DNA of 60,408 nt from IMG/VR virus record IMGVR_UViG_3300006198_000003, positions 1 to 60,408 of that record. One strand, 5' to 3'. Position numbers and translations under genes: made by a program. The DNA is from a virus. The notes under the pieces were generated by a model. The model was not told the DNA's origin and made no database searches. It saw only the letters and a list, made by a program, of their open reading frames with translations. This document shows, piece by piece, positions 24,197 through 33,125 of this stretch; the first letter of the stretch is position 1; each line of letters starts with the position of its first letter.

Positions 24197-24865
24197 ATGG
24201 GAAAGGAAAAACCGGCAACAAAAATTTGTAAACACTGCAAGACGGAGATTCCAGCAGGGGCAAAGGTGTGCCCGCAGTGCCGGAAGAAACAGGGCGGCGT
24301 ACTGAAATGGGTGATTATCGCTATTGTGGTAATTGGCATTATCGGAGCGGCGGCAGGCGGCGGTGATGATAAGCCTACAAAGGTAGGAGACAACACCTCC
24401 AGTAGCGCAGGCGGTAATTCCAATGAATCACAACAAAATAGCGTGGAATCTTCAAGCGAAGAGGAAAAGGAAACTGTTTTCCGAAAAGGTGAAATTGCAG
24501 AATTGAATGGTGTGCAGGTTACGTTGACCGATTACAAGGAAAGTACCGGAAGTGAGTACAATAAGCCGACTGATGGAAATGTGTTCTTGATGGCAGAATT
24601 TGAAATTGCAAATAATACAGAAAAGGAATTGGCTGTCAGCAGTGTAATGAGTTTTGATGCATATGCAGATGATTACGCACTGAACTTCTCATTTTCTGCA
24701 TTGATGGAAAAAGAGGGTAATCAGCTTGACGGAACTATTGCCGCCGGGAAAAAGCTGAAAGGATGGATTGGTTGGGAAGTTCCGGCGGACTATCAGAATG
24801 TGGAGATTCACTTTACTGATAATGTTTGGAGTAGCGACAAGTTTGTTTTTGTGATTGAGAAATAA
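24197..24865 (+). CDS. zinc-ribbon / TM / DUF4352 domain protein
   Basis: CKHCKTEIPAGAKVCPQCRKK, TM WVIIAIVVIGIIGAAAGG, C-terminus NVFLMAEFEIANNTEKEL...GWIGWEVP (DUF4352 pattern). Confidence 0.75.
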   Translation: MGKEKPATKICKHCKTEIPAGAKVCPQCRKKQGGVLKWVIIAIVVIGIIGAAAGGGDDKPTKVGDNTSSSAGGNSNESQQNSVESSSEEEKETVFRKGEIAELNGVQVTLTDYKESTGSEYNKPTDGNVFLMAEFEIANNTEKELAVSSVMSFDAYADDYALNFSFSALMEKEGNQLDGTIAAGKKLKGWIGWEVPADYQNVEIHFTDNVWSSDKFVFVIEK

Positions 24866-24890
24866 TTACAACTGAATATTGAGAGAAAAG

Positions 24891-24918
24891 GGCAGAGAAA
24901 AAAATTCTTTGCCTTTTT
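24891..24918 (+). terminator. rho-independent terminator
   Basis: GGCAGAGAA-AAAAA-TTCTTTGCC followed by TTTTT. Confidence 0.75.
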
Positions 24919-25000
24919 CTATTTTGGGTATTGACTATTGCTGTAGATTTTTCCGTTAGATTATGTTATGCTAGAAGAAATTGGGAAAGGGGATGGGAAT

Positions 25001-25552
25001 ATGAATATAACAGAGGCGTTGAAAGAAACAAAATCGCTTAATTTTGTGACAAAAACATATGTTAAGCAAATAGAACTTATATTATCAGATGGGGAAGATG
25101 TTATTTTTGCTTCTGAATTGAGCATGGTTAAAAATCCTGACGGTAATAGCATGAATAATCCTAAGATAGTCAAAGGAAACATACGAGGAGTTTTTGTTAT
25201 AACAAAAATGCGTATATTGTTTTATTGGTTAAATAATCTTATTCCGAATCACAAGGAAATGTCATTGGATAGTATAAAAGATATTGATGTCACATCTAAA
25301 TTGATGATTGCCTCTGTCAGGATTACAAGCTATTCAGAGACATGGATATTTAGTGTTCCGCAAGGAATGCAGAGCGTTATTGCTAAGAAAATAGGAGATG
25401 CGCGTAATATGCTATCTTCCACGGAGCAAAAACTCGCTCCTAGTTCTGATGTGTATGATGAAATAAGAAAGTTGAAAAGCCTTTTAGATGATGGAATCAT
25501 AGGGCAAGATGAATTTGAACAAAAGAAGCGGCAGCTTTTGGGTTTACAGTAG
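25001..25552 (+). CDS. bacterial PH (YokE-like) domain protein with C-terminal SHOCT domain
   Basis: C-terminus YDEIRKLKSLLDDGIIGQDEFEQKKRQLLG is the SHOCT pattern. The N-terminal part resembles bPH_2. Confidence 0.6.
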   Translation: MNITEALKETKSLNFVTKTYVKQIELILSDGEDVIFASELSMVKNPDGNSMNNPKIVKGNIRGVFVITKMRILFYWLNNLIPNHKEMSLDSIKDIDVTSKLMIASVRITSYSETWIFSVPQGMQSVIAKKIGDARNMLSSTEQKLAPSSDVYDEIRKLKSLLDDGIIGQDEFEQKKRQLLGLQ

Positions 25553-25558
25553 AAGTTG

Positions 25559-25587
25559 AGCGGTGGAGAGATTCACCGCTTTTTTTA
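25559..25587 (+). terminator. rho-independent terminator
   Basis: AGCGGTG / CACCGCT stem followed by TTTTTTTATTTT. Confidence 0.8.
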
Positions 25588-25596
25588 TTTTAGGTA

Positions 25597-25624
25597 TTGA
25601 CATTCTTGTACGTACTGTTATAAT
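25597..25624 (+). promoter_or_regulatory. canonical sigma-A promoter
   Basis: TTGACA 25597-25602, 16-nt spacer, TATAAT 25619-25624. Confidence 0.7.
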
Positions 25625-25658
25625 ATACTTGTACGGACAAGGAAGGAGGATTCGAAGA

Positions 25659-25829
25659 GTGTCACCAAGGCCAAAATCGGATAAGTCCAAACACCACCGT
25701 TTTGAATTGCGACTTGATGATGAAATGAACAATATGCTGGATGAGTGTTCAAAAAAACTCGAAACAAGCAAAACAGAAGTAATCAACAAAGGAATCAAAA
25801 TGGTAAAATCGAAACTGGACAAAAAATAA
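25659..25829 (+). CDS. ribbon-helix-helix (CopG/MobC-like) protein
   Basis: GTG start after RBS GGAAGGAGGA; HHRFELRLDDEMNNMLDECSKKLETSKTEVINKGIKMV. Confidence 0.55.
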   Translation: MSPRPKSDKSKHHRFELRLDDEMNNMLDECSKKLETSKTEVINKGIKMVKSKLDKK

Positions 25830-25946
25830 GACAGTCCGCACCGACCAAAGCACTGACTGTCTTACACTTCACACACACCAAAAGGAGTATGCTTTATTAT
25901 TGTATCTCTTTTTGGTGTGGTTGTCAAACACTGAAAGGAGATTTTT

Positions 25947-27329
25947 CACGGTAAACGCATGATTTGATATCTTTGCATCAGGGAGAAAATCTGCTATATT
26001 GTATTTAATGACTGACAATCTCCACACAATCGTGTACAATGATTTCCATAACTTCTTGAAAGGAAATCATGATTATGACAGAAATGGGAAATGAACTTTC
26101 ACTGGTCGGATGTATGAAGGAGGTTCCGGATCCAAGAGCCCCGTACAACCAGAGACACAAATTTCTTGATATTATCATCATTGCCGTCACCGCAATCCTC
26201 TGCGGAATGGATACCTGGAATGAGATTGAGGACTGGGCATACTCAAAAAAAGAATGGCTGGAAACATTTCTGGAACTTCCCGGCGGGATTCCCTCCCATG
26301 ATACGATCAACCGGGTATTCCAGATGATCGATCCGGATCAGTTTCATGATGCCTTTTTTCGGTGGACCAGTGCAGTTGCGGGGAAAATCGAAGGAATTAT
26401 TGCCATTGATGGGAAAACTATCCGCCGCAGTAAGGATGAAAGCAAAGGAAATCGTCCCTCCCATGTGGTGAGCGCATGGGCCTGCGATACATCCCTTGTT
26501 TTAGGGCAGTTACGGGTGGACGAAAAGACAAATGAGATCAAAGCGATTCCGGAGCTGTTGGAGATCCTGTGTCTGAAAGGGTGTGTGGTAACCATCGATG
26601 CCATGGGAACCCAGAAGGAGATTGCCGAAAAAATCATAGACAAAGAAGCGGACTATATCCTGCAGGTAAAAGGGAACCAGGAAACATTACTGGAAGATAT
26701 ATCCCTGTATTTTAAAGATGAGGTTTTCAATCGTCCCAAGAAGGAACTGGAAAAAGAAGGCCGGTACTGGAAAGAAAAGGACTTTGACCATGGGAGAATA
26801 GAAATCCGGGAATATTATGTGGAAAATGAAGTAGAATGGCTCAGGGAGAACCACCCCGGCTGGAAAGGTCTGAGTGGAATGGGAGCCTGTGTGGCAACTG
26901 TAACGGAAAACGGCAAGACAACGACAGCGTTATCATATTCGATATACAGCCAAGAAGAGATGAAAGCGGAAGAATATGGGAAGGGCAAAAGAGCCCACTG
27001 GGGAATCGAGAACAGCCTGCACTGGGTGCTGGACATTGGATTCCGAGAAGACGAGAGCCGGATACGAGCGGGGAATGCAGCAGAAAATGTAAATGTGCTG
27101 CGGCACATAGGAACAAATCTGCTGAAGCAGGAAAAAAGCTGTCGAATGGGAATAGCAAGCAAACGGAAAAAATGCGGCTATGACCAGAAATATCTATATA
27201 AAGTTCTAAGCGGGCTGAACACGGGTATGAAATAAAAGCTCATAGCGGCGCCACATTTATAAAAATGATTAGGTAGACATATCATGTAAGTGATATGTCT
27301 ACTTAAATAAAAAGCTTGCGTTTACCGTG
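25947..27329 (+). mobile_element. ISAs1-family insertion sequence (1383 bp)
   Basis: Terminal IR CACGGTAAACGCA (13/13, 17/20 when extended). Perfect 10-bp TSD GGAGATTTTT at 25937-25946 and 27330-27339. Confidence 0.9.
26069..27235 (+). CDS. ISAs1-family transposase
   Basis: VPDPRAPYNQRHKFLDIIIIAVTAILCGMDTWNEIEDW...GIPSHDTINRVF (H-repeat/ISAs1 N-domain) and a DDE region. Confidence 0.9.
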   Translation: MIMTEMGNELSLVGCMKEVPDPRAPYNQRHKFLDIIIIAVTAILCGMDTWNEIEDWAYSKKEWLETFLELPGGIPSHDTINRVFQMIDPDQFHDAFFRWTSAVAGKIEGIIAIDGKTIRRSKDESKGNRPSHVVSAWACDTSLVLGQLRVDEKTNEIKAIPELLEILCLKGCVVTIDAMGTQKEIAEKIIDKEADYILQVKGNQETLLEDISLYFKDEVFNRPKKELEKEGRYWKEKDFDHGRIEIREYYVENEVEWLRENHPGWKGLSGMGACVATVTENGKTTTALSYSIYSQEEMKAEEYGKGKRAHWGIENSLHWVLDIGFREDESRIRAGNAAENVNVLRHIGTNLLKQEKSCRMGIASKRKKCGYDQKYLYKVLSGLNTGMK

Positions 27330-27343
27330 GGAGATTTTTTATT

Positions 27344-27565
27344 ATGGAATCAATCAAGAAGTATGCGGAAAGATTTTTCGCCAAAACAAGGAAAAACAAA
27401 GAATATGGTTTGTCGTTTGATGAAATGGAACAGAGCATGAAAGAAGTGTTCGCCGCCCATGACGCTAACGGAGCGTTTAAAGTAGTCGCAACGCTTTTCG
27501 ATTTTGGCTATGCCAAAGGCTACCGGGCGGCACTGGCAGAGATGAAGAAATCCAGTAATGCGTAA
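27344..27565 (+). CDS. hypothetical protein
   Basis: 73-aa ORF; its RBS GGAGA lies inside the right TSD copy of the IS. Confidence 0.5.
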   Translation: MESIKKYAERFFAKTRKNKEYGLSFDEMEQSMKEVFAAHDANGAFKVVATLFDFGYAKGYRAALAEMKKSSNA

Positions 27566-27579
27566 ATATCGAAGTAAAG

Positions 27580-27613
27580 ATGGTACAACTGACAGAAGAA
27601 ATTATGATACCAT
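27580..27613 (+). promoter_or_regulatory. Conserved promoter-like motif copy P7
   Basis: ATGGTA 27580-27585, 22-nt spacer, TGa-TACCAT 27608-27613. Confidence 0.5.
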
Positions 27614-27790
27614 ATATTTGTAAAGGCGAAATGCCAGTTCATAGAGGGTGACGCATGATGGGGCGTGCTCCCATTACCCTCTGACACAGAAAGCGGCGGG
27701 GATAGTGATTGCAACACGACAAGCGGTAAGCCTTAACCGTTTCTCCGCTATTCTGATAAAAGGCGATTTTACGGAAAGGCAGGTAAAAAT

Positions 27791-28576
27791 ATGATTGAGA
27801 TTGCAAACGTAACAATGCAAACTCCCATCGAAATTGCTTTGGGTATTGATGAAAACGGGATGACAACCGCAAGAAAGTTGTTTGATTTTCTTGGAATGAG
27901 CTCGAACAATTATTCGAGATGGTTCAAAAGCAACATTGCAGACAACGATTTTGCAGAAGAAAATGTGGATTATTTTCTGTTCCTCACTAATGAGGATCAC
28001 AAAGGACATGCATCACAAGACGCAGCAATAACAGCTTCTTTTGCAAAAAAGCTTTCCATGCAACAGAAAAATGAGCGTGGGGAACAGGCACGGCAGTATT
28101 TTGTATCGGTAGAGGACAAAGCAAAAGACATGGTTCTTATGCTTAAACAGGCGGCTGACAATCCCATAAAGCTGTTGGAACTTCATTATAAGGCATTGAA
28201 AGAAGTGGACGGCAAAGTGGAAGTCCTCGCGGATGACTTGAATGAAGTCAAATGGGACTACGGAAAGCGGATTGAGCACCTGGAAAACAATATGACCCTT
28301 GACTATGGACAGCAGAGGGTACTGGAGGATGCAGTCAATAAGACAGTAACGGAAGTACTTGGAGGGAAGACCTCATGCGCCTACGAAGAAATCGGAAGAA
28401 AAGTGTTCGCGGAGTGCAACCGGGACTTGAAGCATTACTTCAACGTGAACGCGAGGGCAAATGTCCCGAGAAAGCGGTTTGATGAAGCTGTAGAATATGC
28501 GAACAACTGGAAACCTTGCACAAATACAGTAATCCGGATTCAGAACTATAATGCACAGCAGACATTGGATATGTAG
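27791..28576 (+). CDS. AntA + ORF6C domain antirepressor-like protein (paralog 2)
   Basis: N-terminus TPIEIALGIDENGMTTARKLFDFLGMSSNNYSRWFKSNI. C-terminus DYGQQRVLEDAVNKTV...FDEAVEYANNWKP (ORF6C pattern). Confidence 0.7.
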   Translation: MIEIANVTMQTPIEIALGIDENGMTTARKLFDFLGMSSNNYSRWFKSNIADNDFAEENVDYFLFLTNEDHKGHASQDAAITASFAKKLSMQQKNERGEQARQYFVSVEDKAKDMVLMLKQAADNPIKLLELHYKALKEVDGKVEVLADDLNEVKWDYGKRIEHLENNMTLDYGQQRVLEDAVNKTVTEVLGGKTSCAYEEIGRKVFAECNRDLKHYFNVNARANVPRKRFDEAVEYANNWKPCTNTVIRIQNYNAQQTLDM

Positions 28577-28617
28577 AGGGAATGGCACTCCAAACAGGGG
28601 GGCTTTTTCATTTTAAT

Positions 28618-28651
28618 TTGGTACAACTCCCCTCACCAATAATGGTACAAT
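28618..28651 (+). promoter_or_regulatory. Conserved promoter-like motif copy P8
   Basis: TTGGTA 28618-28623, 22-nt spacer, TGG-TACAAT 28646-28651. Confidence 0.55.
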
Positions 28652-28678
28652 GGAGAAAAGGATTGGAGGACACGGAAG

Positions 28679-28831
28679 ATGCAGACAATAACAGAAAAAG
28701 AAAATACGCTCCAAAGCATTGACAATACCTTGAAGCGTATAGAGGCTATTCTACTTGAGAGGAAGAAACCATTGCGGGATATACAAAATGCAGTTAAAAC
28801 CATAATTTCAGAAAGGAGTGAGGAACAATGA
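28679..28831 (+). CDS. small hypothetical protein (50 aa)
   Basis: RBS GGATTGGAGGA; ATGA-coupled to the next ORF. Confidence 0.4.
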   Translation: MQTITEKENTLQSIDNTLKRIEAILLERKKPLRDIQNAVKTIISERSEEQ

Positions 28832-29085
28832 GTAAAAAAGAGCAACGTGGGAAAAGTTTGGGCAAGCCATTTGTTTTGATTGGTGACGGAACGGAAACGC
28901 ACCTTATCACGAATGGTAAAGTGTATGAAGATGGAATACTTGAATTTGATCTTCACCATGAGGGTGCGGAATATCCGGAATTTACTTTTTTGGTTGATAC
29001 CCTGGAAGTTTGCGCAAGTTCCGGAACAGACATTATAGAAGAGATGCATGAGAAAATTAAGCGAGTTTTGTACCCGAATTTATGA
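28828..29085 (+). CDS. hypothetical protein
   Basis: 85-aa ORF, RBS AAAGGAGTGAGGA. Confidence 0.5.
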   Translation: MSKKEQRGKSLGKPFVLIGDGTETHLITNGKVYEDGILEFDLHHEGAEYPEFTFLVDTLEVCASSGTDIIEEMHEKIKRVLYPNL

Positions 29086-29087
29086 AA

Positions 29088-29110
29088 AGCAGCCCCTTAA
29101 TGGGGCCGCT
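29088..29110. terminator. bidirectional terminator hairpin between convergent genes
   Basis: AGCAGCCCC-TTAAT-GGGGCCGCT (one mismatch). Confidence 0.55.
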
Positions 29111-29112
29111 TA

Positions 29113-29310
29113 TTACCTTAGCTTGTATGCTAGCATGCCGCTTGCGTATGTCTTGTGGATATAGATGTGCCCGTTTTCCTTAAGCTCTTTTAAAGCAGAT
29201 TCAGCATCATCCAGTGAAATGTCATACTCTTTAAATTCTGTTTTTGAAAAAGAGCTTTTGCCCTCGGCGGTTTTCATAATACGCAAAACTTTTTCCGCTA
29301 ATTCAGTCAT
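29113..29310 (-). CDS. hypothetical protein (possible winged-helix)
   Basis: 65-aa minus-strand ORF with RBS AAGGGAGA and upstream TTGTAA-17-TATAAT on the minus strand. Confidence 0.5.
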   Translation of the reverse strand: MTELAEKVLRIMKTAEGKSSFSKTEFKEYDISLDDAESALKELKENGHIYIHKTYASGMLAYKLR

Positions 29311-29435
29311 AACGTTTCTCCCTTCTTCTGTACTCGGCGCGTCACCACCTGTACATAGATTATAAGGGAAACAAAACAGAATTACAACAAACCGGCTGGT
29401 AACAGGTTCCAGCCGCTAACCTGAAAAAGCTACGG

Positions 29436-29458
29436 GCAGAGAAAACATCTCTGCTTTT
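29436..29458 (+). terminator. terminator-like hairpin 18 nt upstream of the tape-measure start
   Basis: GCAGAGA-AAACA-TCTCTGC followed by TTTTG. Confidence 0.55.
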
Positions 29459-29475
29459 GTGGAGGTGTTTTTTTA

Positions 29476-32400
29476 ATGGCAGAATATGATGGTTCCATAC
29501 GGATAGGGACAGGAATTGAAACAAAAGAATTTAAAGCGGGGAGCAAGGAAATTGAAACCGAAGCCCGTCGCATGGCTAAATCTGTGTCTGACAGCTTGGG
29601 AGAAGGAGCCAAGATTGCTTTGCAGAAGCAGACAGATGCTTTTGTAAAGATGAATCAGCAGTATGCAGCTCAGGAGCAGAAAGTAAAAGATCTTGCGGCT
29701 AAACTGCATGATATGCAAAGGCAAAAAGTCGAGACCCCTATATTTAAAGAGACATCTAAGGAATTGGAATCAACAGAAAAGAAACTGGATAATCTTTATG
29801 GAACTTTACGCAGACTTGAACATGCGGGGAAAATTGACACTGCTCCTTACCAAAATGCCATTACGCAAATTGACATATACAAGGAAAAAATTTCTGACTT
29901 AAAAAGAGATTTGAAAGATCTTGAAAATTCTGGTGAAGCCTATGTCCCAGTAGATACAAGCAAAGTACAGAAGGAACTTACAGCGGCAGAACAAAAGCAA
30001 ATGCAGTTATATTCTGCTTTGCAAACTGCGGCTGATTCTCTTTCACAAAAGACAAGTGAAAGAGTTGAAAAAGAAGAAGCGGTAAGAGAGAAAATAGCTG
30101 CTGAAGCCGCTGAAGAAGAACGACTTGACCAAATAAGGGTAAATGCCGTAGCCACAAATGATCAGATTATCGCCAAAGTTGAGCGTCTAAAACAGCTTGA
30201 AAAAGAAATTGCAGATTTAAAGGCGGCAGGGACAACAGAAGGTTATGCTGACTATGACAATAGAATCATTGAGGCAGATCAGCTTAAACAGGATATACGA
30301 GATTACAGAGATAGTCTTTCGGAGGTTCCGGAGAAATTTTCACGGATGCGAGAGGCGGCAAAAAAAGCATTCAACGCTATCAGCACGGGACTTTCTACTA
30401 TTGGAAAAATAGGAAAAAAAGCATTTTCCGGCATATTTAGTATAGCAAAAAAAATGTTTTCGTCCATCACGAGTGGAACAAAAAAGAGCAATGGTCTTTT
30501 TTCCACATTTGCAAGTCGATTAAAAGGAATTGCGCTATCTCTTTTAATATTCAACTGGATATCAAAAGGATTTAACGCCATGATTTCCGGTATGAAAAAA
30601 GGATTTGAAAATCTGGCCGGATATTCCGACTCTTACGCTCAAAGCGTGCAGAATATGAAGAATGCAATGTCCACGTTTGGTAATCAATTCGCCGCGGCAT
30701 TTGCGCCTATTGTGCAGATGGTGATTCCATGGCTTACACAGTTGATCAATACCATCTCCAAGGCAATGACGTATGTGTCTCAGTTTTTTGCTGTACTGGG
30801 CGGGAAAAGCACGTTTACCAAGGCGAAGCAGGTGCAGGATGAATATAACAAATCCTTAGGTGGTACCGCAAAGGCGGCGGATAAAGCCCGGGGAGCACTG
30901 GCAAAGTTTGATGATCTGGACGTGCTGGAAAAGCAGGAAGATACTTCTGGAGGGGGAGGGGATTCTGACAATACTGGCGAGGATATGTTTGAAGAAGCAC
31001 CTATAGAAAGCCAGTTTGAGGAACTTGCTGAAAAGGCAAAAGAGGTACTGTCTCAACTCTTTGTTCCTTTGAAAGAAGCGTGGGAAAGCCAAGGTGAATT
31101 CGTTATGGAGTCTTGGAGATATGCCCTTGAAGAAATCGGATTGCTTGCAAAATCTGTAGGAAAGGATTTCCTTGAAGTATGGAACCAGCCAGAGACTATA
31201 TCTGTGCTTGAAAACATCCTTATCATTGCTGGAGATATAGGCCTTGTTGCCGGGAATCTGGCCGCACGATTTAGGGAAGCATGGGAAGCAAATGATGTCG
31301 GACTGAGTATACTGGAGAACATCCGCAATCTGTTTGGAATCATCATCGAGCATGTTCGGAACGCAGCAGATGCTACAGTGGAATGGAGCAAGAACCTTGA
31401 CTTCTCACCAATGCTAGAATCCATAAATGGGCTTTTGGAAGCATTGCAGCCACTGGCTGACAATATCGGGGCTGGGCTGGAATGGTTCTATACCAATGTG
31501 CTGCTCCCGATAGCTGGATGGACAATAGAGGATGCTGTTCCGGCATTTCTTGACATGCTTTCCGCGGCAATAGAAACGGCAAATGAAGTGATAGAAGCCC
31601 TTAAGCCGTTGGGTCAATGGCTGTGGGACGAATTCTTACAGCCGCTTGGAGAATGGGCTGGAGAAGCGATTATATCCGCAATGGAAACAATCACAGATTT
31701 GCTAAAAAAATTTGGAGATTGGATAGCGGAGCATCAGGAAGCAGTTCAGACTTTCGCCATCATTATTGGTTCTTTTGCTACAGCATGGACTGTTGCTACT
31801 TTGGCGGTTACAGCATGGAATATAGTTGCTGGAATAGCGACTGTGGCAACAACAGCATTTGGTGCAGCTGTGGCATTCCTGACGTCTCCTATTGGTATTG
31901 CAATAGTCGCAATAGGAGCGATTATCGCAATCGGAGTTCTCCTTTATAAAAACTGGGACACTATTAAGGAAAAAGCAAAAGAAGTATGGGATTTTGTAAA
32001 GAAGAAATTTGAAGAGTTTTCCACATGGCTGAAGGGAATATTTGAAAAGGATTGGACAGAGTCTTTTGGCGCCATTGGCGAAGTATTAAACGTATTTTTT
32101 GATACCATAGGCGAAGTATGGGATTCAATAAAAGATATTTTTGGCGGTATCATAGACTTTCTAACGGGCGTCTTTACGGGCGACTGGGAAAAGGCCTGGG
32201 ATGGCGTGACCAAAATCTTTGACGGAATTGCGGGAGTAATAGGCGGAATAGTGGATGGAATTATAGGTGTAATAAAAACTGTTATTGAAGCAATACAAGG
32301 TGCAATTCAAAAGATCAAGGAATTCTTCTCAGAAAGTTCCAAGGCCAGTGCGACGGGGCCGGTTGGAGGAGCGTTTAGTTCGATTTCTGGAATGAGTTCA

Positions 32401-32733
32401 AATTCCACAAATTCAGCCCGGTCTGTTTCCGGATATTCTATGGCAGATATTCCTCATCTTGCCACCGGATCAGTAATCCGCGGCGGCAATCCGTTTATGG
32501 CAATCCTGGGCGATCAGCCGCGCGGACAGGTTAATGTTGAAGCACCGCTGGACACTATCAAGCAGGCGGTGCGGGAAGAACTGTCTGGAATGAATTTTGG
32601 AAATGCCGGCGTTGGGCAGGCAAAAGTGGTATTAAACATTAATGGTGTGGATGTGGGAGAGGCAATGCTGGATGATTTGTTTTCTGTAATGCAACGGCGT
32701 GGATATGATGTGAGCGTACTGGGGGTAAGGTAA
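29476..32733 (+). CDS. tail tape measure protein
   Basis: 1085 aa, long coiled-coil N-terminal half, hydrophobic/Gly-Ala-rich segments (IVAGIATVATTAFGAAVAF), position in the tail module. Confidence 0.9.
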   Translation: MAEYDGSIRIGTGIETKEFKAGSKEIETEARRMAKSVSDSLGEGAKIALQKQTDAFVKMNQQYAAQEQKVKDLAAKLHDMQRQKVETPIFKETSKELESTEKKLDNLYGTLRRLEHAGKIDTAPYQNAITQIDIYKEKISDLKRDLKDLENSGEAYVPVDTSKVQKELTAAEQKQMQLYSALQTAADSLSQKTSERVEKEEAVREKIAAEAAEEERLDQIRVNAVATNDQIIAKVERLKQLEKEIADLKAAGTTEGYADYDNRIIEADQLKQDIRDYRDSLSEVPEKFSRMREAAKKAFNAISTGLSTIGKIGKKAFSGIFSIAKKMFSSITSGTKKSNGLFSTFASRLKGIALSLLIFNWISKGFNAMISGMKKGFENLAGYSDSYAQSVQNMKNAMSTFGNQFAAAFAPIVQMVIPWLTQLINTISKAMTYVSQFFAVLGGKSTFTKAKQVQDEYNKSLGGTAKAADKARGALAKFDDLDVLEKQEDTSGGGGDSDNTGEDMFEEAPIESQFEELAEKAKEVLSQLFVPLKEAWESQGEFVMESWRYALEEIGLLAKSVGKDFLEVWNQPETISVLENILIIAGDIGLVAGNLAARFREAWEANDVGLSILENIRNLFGIIIEHVRNAADATVEWSKNLDFSPMLESINGLLEALQPLADNIGAGLEWFYTNVLLPIAGWTIEDAVPAFLDMLSAAIETANEVIEALKPLGQWLWDEFLQPLGEWAGEAIISAMETITDLLKKFGDWIAEHQEAVQTFAIIIGSFATAWTVATLAVTAWNIVAGIATVATTAFGAAVAFLTSPIGIAIVAIGAIIAIGVLLYKNWDTIKEKAKEVWDFVKKKFEEFSTWLKGIFEKDWTESFGAIGEVLNVFFDTIGEVWDSIKDIFGGIIDFLTGVFTGDWEKAWDGVTKIFDGIAGVIGGIVDGIIGVIKTVIEAIQGAIQKIKEFFSESSKASATGPVGGAFSSISGMSSNSTNSARSVSGYSMADIPHLATGSVIRGGNPFMAILGDQPRGQVNVEAPLDTIKQAVREELSGMNFGNAGVGQAKVVLNINGVDVGEAMLDDLFSVMQRRGYDVSVLGVR

Positions 32734-33125
32734 TGAAGTTTGATAAAGGCATAATGATTGACGGAATATTTTTTGATATCCCCATGGTATCCCTGAAGCG
32801 TACTGGAGATTTTCTGCACAAATATGCGGAACGAAACGAAGCGGGTACTTTGATGGCGGAACTGATCGGGGTGTATTACAATTACACTCTTACAGTAGGA
32901 ACTAGTAGCGATTTCGGCGAAACAGACTATGAAGCGTTTTGGGACAAAATGACAGAACCCGTGGAGTTTCACGAAATATCAATACCTACAAAAGATGGAT
33001 ATTATACTTTTATGGGTTATATATCGAGTGTTTCAGACGAATATAAGAAAATTTTGGACAACGAAGCGGAATTTACAGGATTTACATGTAAGTTTACCGC
33101 GCAGTCTCCTGCGAGGACGCCATGA
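32733..33125 (+). CDS. putative distal tail component
   Basis: 130-aa ORF coupled to the TMP stop; synteny only. Confidence 0.3.
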   Translation: MKFDKGIMIDGIFFDIPMVSLKRTGDFLHKYAERNEAGTLMAELIGVYYNYTLTVGTSSDFGETDYEAFWDKMTEPVEFHEISIPTKDGYYTFMGYISSVSDEYKKILDNEAEFTGFTCKFTAQSPARTP

